A stretch of 64,000 nucleotides of DNA from Amoebidium appalachense (lineage: Eukaryota > Protista > Ichthyosporea), in the NCBI GenBank assembly GCA_963693365.1, contig CAVNZM010000010.1, positions 2,232,001 through 2,296,000 of the forward strand. The letters are read 5' to 3'. This document shows positions 44,481 to 64,000 of this stretch, piece after piece. Positions within the stretch are counted from its first letter, which is position 1, and each line of letters opens with the position of its first letter. The notes beneath the pieces are model-generated. The model worked only from the letters and a program-made list of their open reading frames with translations. It searched no databases and was not told where the DNA came from. A program made the position numbers and the translations under genes.

Positions 44481-46777
44481 GCTTGAGGGACTCAGCAGTG
44501 TAGCTAGTACTTGCAGTGGACTGCTGGGGTCTACACTATCTACCTCGTCCTTGAAAGGTTAAATTTTGTTAGTGTGTGTGTGTGTGTGGGTGGGTGGGTG
44601 TGTGTTTACTAGTGATGGGAGACTGGTGTGTGTGTGTGTACATGTGTGTGCGCGTTTATTTGAATGTGTGTGTGTGTGCGCGTGTGTGTGTGCTTGCGTG
44701 TATGTGCGTGTGTTTGTGCGTGTGTGTGCGCACATGTGTGTGCCTGTAAGCGGGGGGGGGGGGGGGGGGGGGGAGAGAGGGAGAGAGAAAGAGAGAGAGA
44801 GAGAGGGAGAGGGAGCGGGGGAGGGGGAAGGGGTGGGGGAAGTGGGGTAGGCAAGCACTGTGACAGCTGATGAACACGGTACAAAGGGCGACACAAGTCA
44901 GTGACACTGTCCCACACAGCTACGGCACCAATAAGGATGTGAATCAGACCCACACGTGCACCACCGAGCTAGAAAACATCAGAAACCGACTACCACGCCA
45001 TTGATTTGTGTGTGCTGGTGCTTGTGTTAAATGCCTCTCCCTATCATAGGTAAATATTTGAAATTTGCAAACACCCCCCCCAAAAATACGGCATGACCAC
45101 AGTAAGGGGGTGAATGGGTCTAGGGAAAGTGTTGATCGTTTTCTCTTCACGTTACGGGTTCATTCCTTTCAATGTTTATGTGGGCCTAGGGCCGGGCCCA
45201 AATCAGCCCCATGTGACACCTCATATATGCATGATACAGTCGGGATAAATAGATGGCAGATCTAGATAGACACATTTATCAAAGACATAAATAGTAGACT
45301 GCCGTAATGTGCAAATGATCGGCTTTAGCTTGGCATTGTAATCGTTTCTTAACGAATAGCTACAGGCCCACACAATGAACACGTTGCAGCTGGTACCTTT
45401 AATCAGGAATGTGTCGTAAGATGTGGTTTGCTCACTTGTACTCCCCCCAGATACCTTAGCTTCCTTTCGTAGCTGTGAAGATTCACTTCCAGCAGAGACC
45501 CCTCACTTGGTTTGGGGGAGGGGGGTCCTTTGTGATAGATTTTCTCCTAAATTCGGTCAAGTTTGATTTCGTCAAACCCCCCCCCCCCCCCCCCCCTCCC
45601 TGCCTCATTAGGAATTAGCATGCCCTGCCAATTTGCGGCAGAAACCCCCCCGGGTATGCAGCTATTTCCCAATAATTTACTGCCTACTAACTGGTGTCGT
45701 ATCAAACAACACTTCTACACACACAAACATGCGTGGAGTGTGTCACTGAGTGGTAAATTAGTCTTGGTGGAAGCCATCCCCCCTCCCCCCCCTCCCCCCC
45801 CCCCCCTGGGGGGCCCTGACGGTGTGGTGTATATGCATATTCACGCCGGTAAGTCCGAAAGGCACAAAAATGATTCTGGGGGGGGGGGCGGGCACTGCGC
45901 AGCTGGGTCTGCATCATCGGCGATACCTCGCTCGCATAGTAGTCCGTATCCAGTTAAAAACAATTTTTAAAATTTTTAACTAGTCGTCACTCCAAGTGCA
46001 CGTGGTCGAGCTATGTATATCCGTTGGGATTGGTGCAGACTTTTACTTCGCTCGAGTATGTACATGTAAGGAGGCACCACGGGTGCTCAGCTCGAATATA
46101 TATGAGAATTCCAATAAGCAAATTTTGCTGTGAGATTTTATTTTATTTTATTTTTTATTTTTTTATTTTTTTATATTTTTTTTATTAATAATTATCAGTG
46201 GGATGTCAAACCTCGTATATAATGCAGTATTACTGACACAAACCAGACCCCCCCCCCCCTCTTTCTCCCACCGCGGGTGTGTGTGTGTGTGAGTGTGTGT
46301 GTACGCGCGTGCTTGCGTGCACGTCTTTGTGTAGGCTTTTCTGTGTCTCCGTGACAGCCCCCCATCTGTCCGCTTGTGTGTGTGTTTGTGCTGCATATGC
46401 ATGGACAGAGCATACGGGCTAGTTAGTCCAGGACCGCAAAGTGCTCCACATACACTAACATTGTTAAACACCAAGTTTTGCATCAGGCATACTCCATGCA
46501 TGATTCTCCACGCAGCTGTAAACCAATATCACCTGAAACATGGCCCCTTTCCCAGAGCGATGTTTGTCTCTGACGATGCGGGATTATGCACATTAAAATA
46601 TCTCAAACAACACTGGCCAATCACGTTGAATCATAAATTACACCGCTAAAGGAGAAATTGAAATGGGTTTTTGACATCTAGGACATTCGAAAAAAAAAAA
46701 AAAAAACAAAGCAAAAGAAAAACAAAAACAAAAAAAACAAAAAAAACCCCCAAAAAAAAAACCAACTAATAGTCCTG

Positions 46778-57705
<10,928 letters not shown>

Positions 57706-58774
57706 GTTTGAGTCCTAAAAGAAAACGGAAAAGGAAAACGGGAAAGATGGTACTTCAGAAGAAGGTGGTAGGTCAGTGTTGAGAGCGCGAGTGGAAGCTA
57801 AACAGCAGTGAAGGGTAAGATTTGTTGATGCCAAGCCACTGTAGGTGAGCTTATACCTTAGAACATAGAAATACCCTGTAAGTTATTTCTACAAGATGTA
57901 AGAGGGAAAAAAATTGTAGTTGTGCCTTGTACACGGTCACTTCATGTTTTACCAGCTTGTTGCACACGTGAATATTGAATTTCCTCGAAAACCCAAAGCT
58001 TGAAAAACACCCCCAAAAGGGAGCAAAAATTGTTTTTGGCGGGAGATTGTGCGTCATTACAGAGGCTGAGCCTTTGCATTTTAAAAGGTTTAAAGATGAA
58101 ATATAGAATGCTAAAGCCAATCAGAATGCAGAAACAAGTCTAAAGGGAGCTTATGAATCGGAAGCGAATAACACCAATTTCGTTCAGATCTTATGCAAGG
58201 CCAAAGGGGTTTGGTCGCCTCCGCAGCCACCCGCCACGAACTTCCGGAATCTTATGCACTCCCTCCCCCGGGTCCCCCCCCCCCCCCCCCCCCCCTCCCC
58301 CCCCCCCGACCCCCCCCCCCCCCTCCCCCCACCCCACACCCCTCCCCCCTCCACCACCACCACACACAAACCCACCTGCCCTCTCTGGCCTGCCGTTACC
58401 AAACCTTCACTCTATGAACTTTCATTCAAATTGCAAAGTCAACACAACGCATAACGTGCACGTGCCTTAGCCAGATATTTTACTTGCAGCCCTATTATTA
58501 TCTTGGCAAAATGCTTTCCAGTACTGGTATGTTTGGGTAAACCGACCCGTGTAGAGGAGACTCATGATCAGGCCTTTCAAATTCCCATCCATGGCCTTGG
58601 CGCTGGGTCATGCTATGAATTTCTCCACCACCTCTTTCATGTACCTGTGTATAATGCGCGCTCCAGATTCACGTGCACGTTTTCACGTACCGGCCACGTG
58701 CACAAAATCACGGTTCGATTACGGAGGTCGTCTGCGGATCCGTACGCCAGTTTGTCGGTGACAGTCGCAAGTTT

Positions 58775-58806
<32 letters not shown>

Positions 58807-59623
58807 CTTCTGTGACCTATTGGCCCTGATGAGAGGACGCGGCAAAAAAGTGTGCGTTTATGTAATAATCTCGCAATTCCTTGCACGTACGGTGTCACCA
58901 AGTTCATTAATCAGTTGAACCTCTTGCTAGTGCTGCCCATTATCCCCCCCCCCCCCCCCCCCCATTATCTATTATCCACTCCAGTGTATCGCAATTAAGC
59001 GGGAAACCCCAATCAGAATCACTCGTTATAATTATGCACTACAGTACATGCCTTCTTTATTGATGAGTGTCATCCAAATGCCACGCCAATACTACACACT
59101 ACATGTACCTACCCCCCAGTAGGCCATGAAAGGAATTTTCTGGAGGCGAAGCAGCCCATTGTGGCTATAGTCAGCTCTAGGAAATCAGACACAGAATTCC
59201 CGGCTGATTAAATTTCAATAATCGTGGATGTAGTATTAATAAAAACCAGGGGAGGCTCGGAATTCCCGGAAAGTTTCCCAAACCGGCATTAGTTGTGGAT
59301 GTAATAAAACCAGGGGAGACACAAAGTTTCCCAAACCGTAATTACCAACACCTTAATACTGGCTTAGCCAAATATTACGTGAGACACTTGGGTGGTCCTT
59401 GTGGTAGGTTTCCACTCGAGTGTCTTAGCAATTCTTTAGACATCCCTTAGACATCTCATAAATACTCCTCAGGCCTCCCTAAAAGCTTAATTAACATTGG
59501 CATTATACTTATGCAGGGGGGGGCAAGAAAAAACAATCCACACAGAACTTGGGCACAAAACTGACTTTGGATCGAACTTCCTTCATGCGCAGACACGGTG
59601 ACAGGATACTACAGGAAATTAAA

Positions 59624-63428
<3,805 letters not shown>

Positions 63429-63892
63429 CTGATGACCAAACTGCTTGTTAGCAACTCATTTCCCCAATTCAAGCCACCCTCCCCCCCCCCCCCCCCCCCT
63501 CCCCTTCCCTTCTCCCTCCCCTTTCCCCTCCCTTCCCCTCCCCCACCTCCCCGCCTTCCTCTCAATCCTCCTCTTACTTGCCCCTCCCCATTTTCCAGTA
63601 TCCACACCAAGTAACCAGGCAAACTACCGAAATTTCGATGAACACATATTACACAATACATAGCTGCAGATTACATAGTACATAGCTGTGAAGCAGGTAT
63701 ATGGGCCATCGCCCATCCAGAAGCGCATGATGATTTGGGTAGAAAGAGTCTTCCTACTCAAAGACACCGTGAACATAGGCTAGCGCAGGCATACAGACTG
63801 ATGGTGTTGAATGCACGGGCACACGTGCATCTCCACAGACAGCATCAAAAAAGTGCACAAACCCAGGGAGGCAGGTGGGGGGGCGGGCAGGA

Positions 63893-63938
<46 letters not shown>

Positions 63939-63949
63939 ACAGGCAGACA

Positions 63950-63999
<50 letters not shown>

Positions 64000-64000
64000 C
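63893..64000. repeat. (GGCA)n tetranucleotide microsatellite
   Basis: Directly visible. Confidence 0.95.

Noticed and set aside
58480-58780. Coding-like fragment on the minus strand (YMKEVVEKF...YQYWKAFC)
   Set aside because: Contains stops and no family could be recognised.

Overview
Intron-rich eukaryotic genomic DNA, not prokaryotic. The animal-like protein sequences suggest an opisthokont, possibly a unicellular holozoan (inference only). Introns are packed with poly-C/poly-G tracts and (CA)n/(GT)n microsatellites, which generate most of the supplied ORFs as artefacts. By hand-splicing I reconstruct five host genes: the 3' part of SMARCAD1/Fun30 (+, 120-16611, 18 exons), RGP1 (-, 18729-26273), a secreted mucin-like protein with a C-terminal ricin-B-type lectin domain (-, 34251-37714), RUVBL1/pontin (-, 46778-57705, 13 exons) and the 3' part of a WD40 gene (-, 59624-63428+). 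Mobile DNA comprises a PIF/Harbinger transposon with a nested sister-family derivative (27195-31336), a palindrome-filled MITE (39907-40363), a Ngaro/PAT-type tyrosine-recombinase retroelement with identical split direct repeats but no RT (40370-43746), a Ty3/gypsy RNase H relic and an orphan WSC exon. The most unusual signals are three. First, tandem duplications repeatedly span splice sites in three genes. Second, two short intronic repeat families lie sense to the host gene in every intronic copy I found and end in branch-point-like motifs. Third, the RT-less YR retroelement looks recently mobilised. All homology calls come from recalled motifs; no database search was run.
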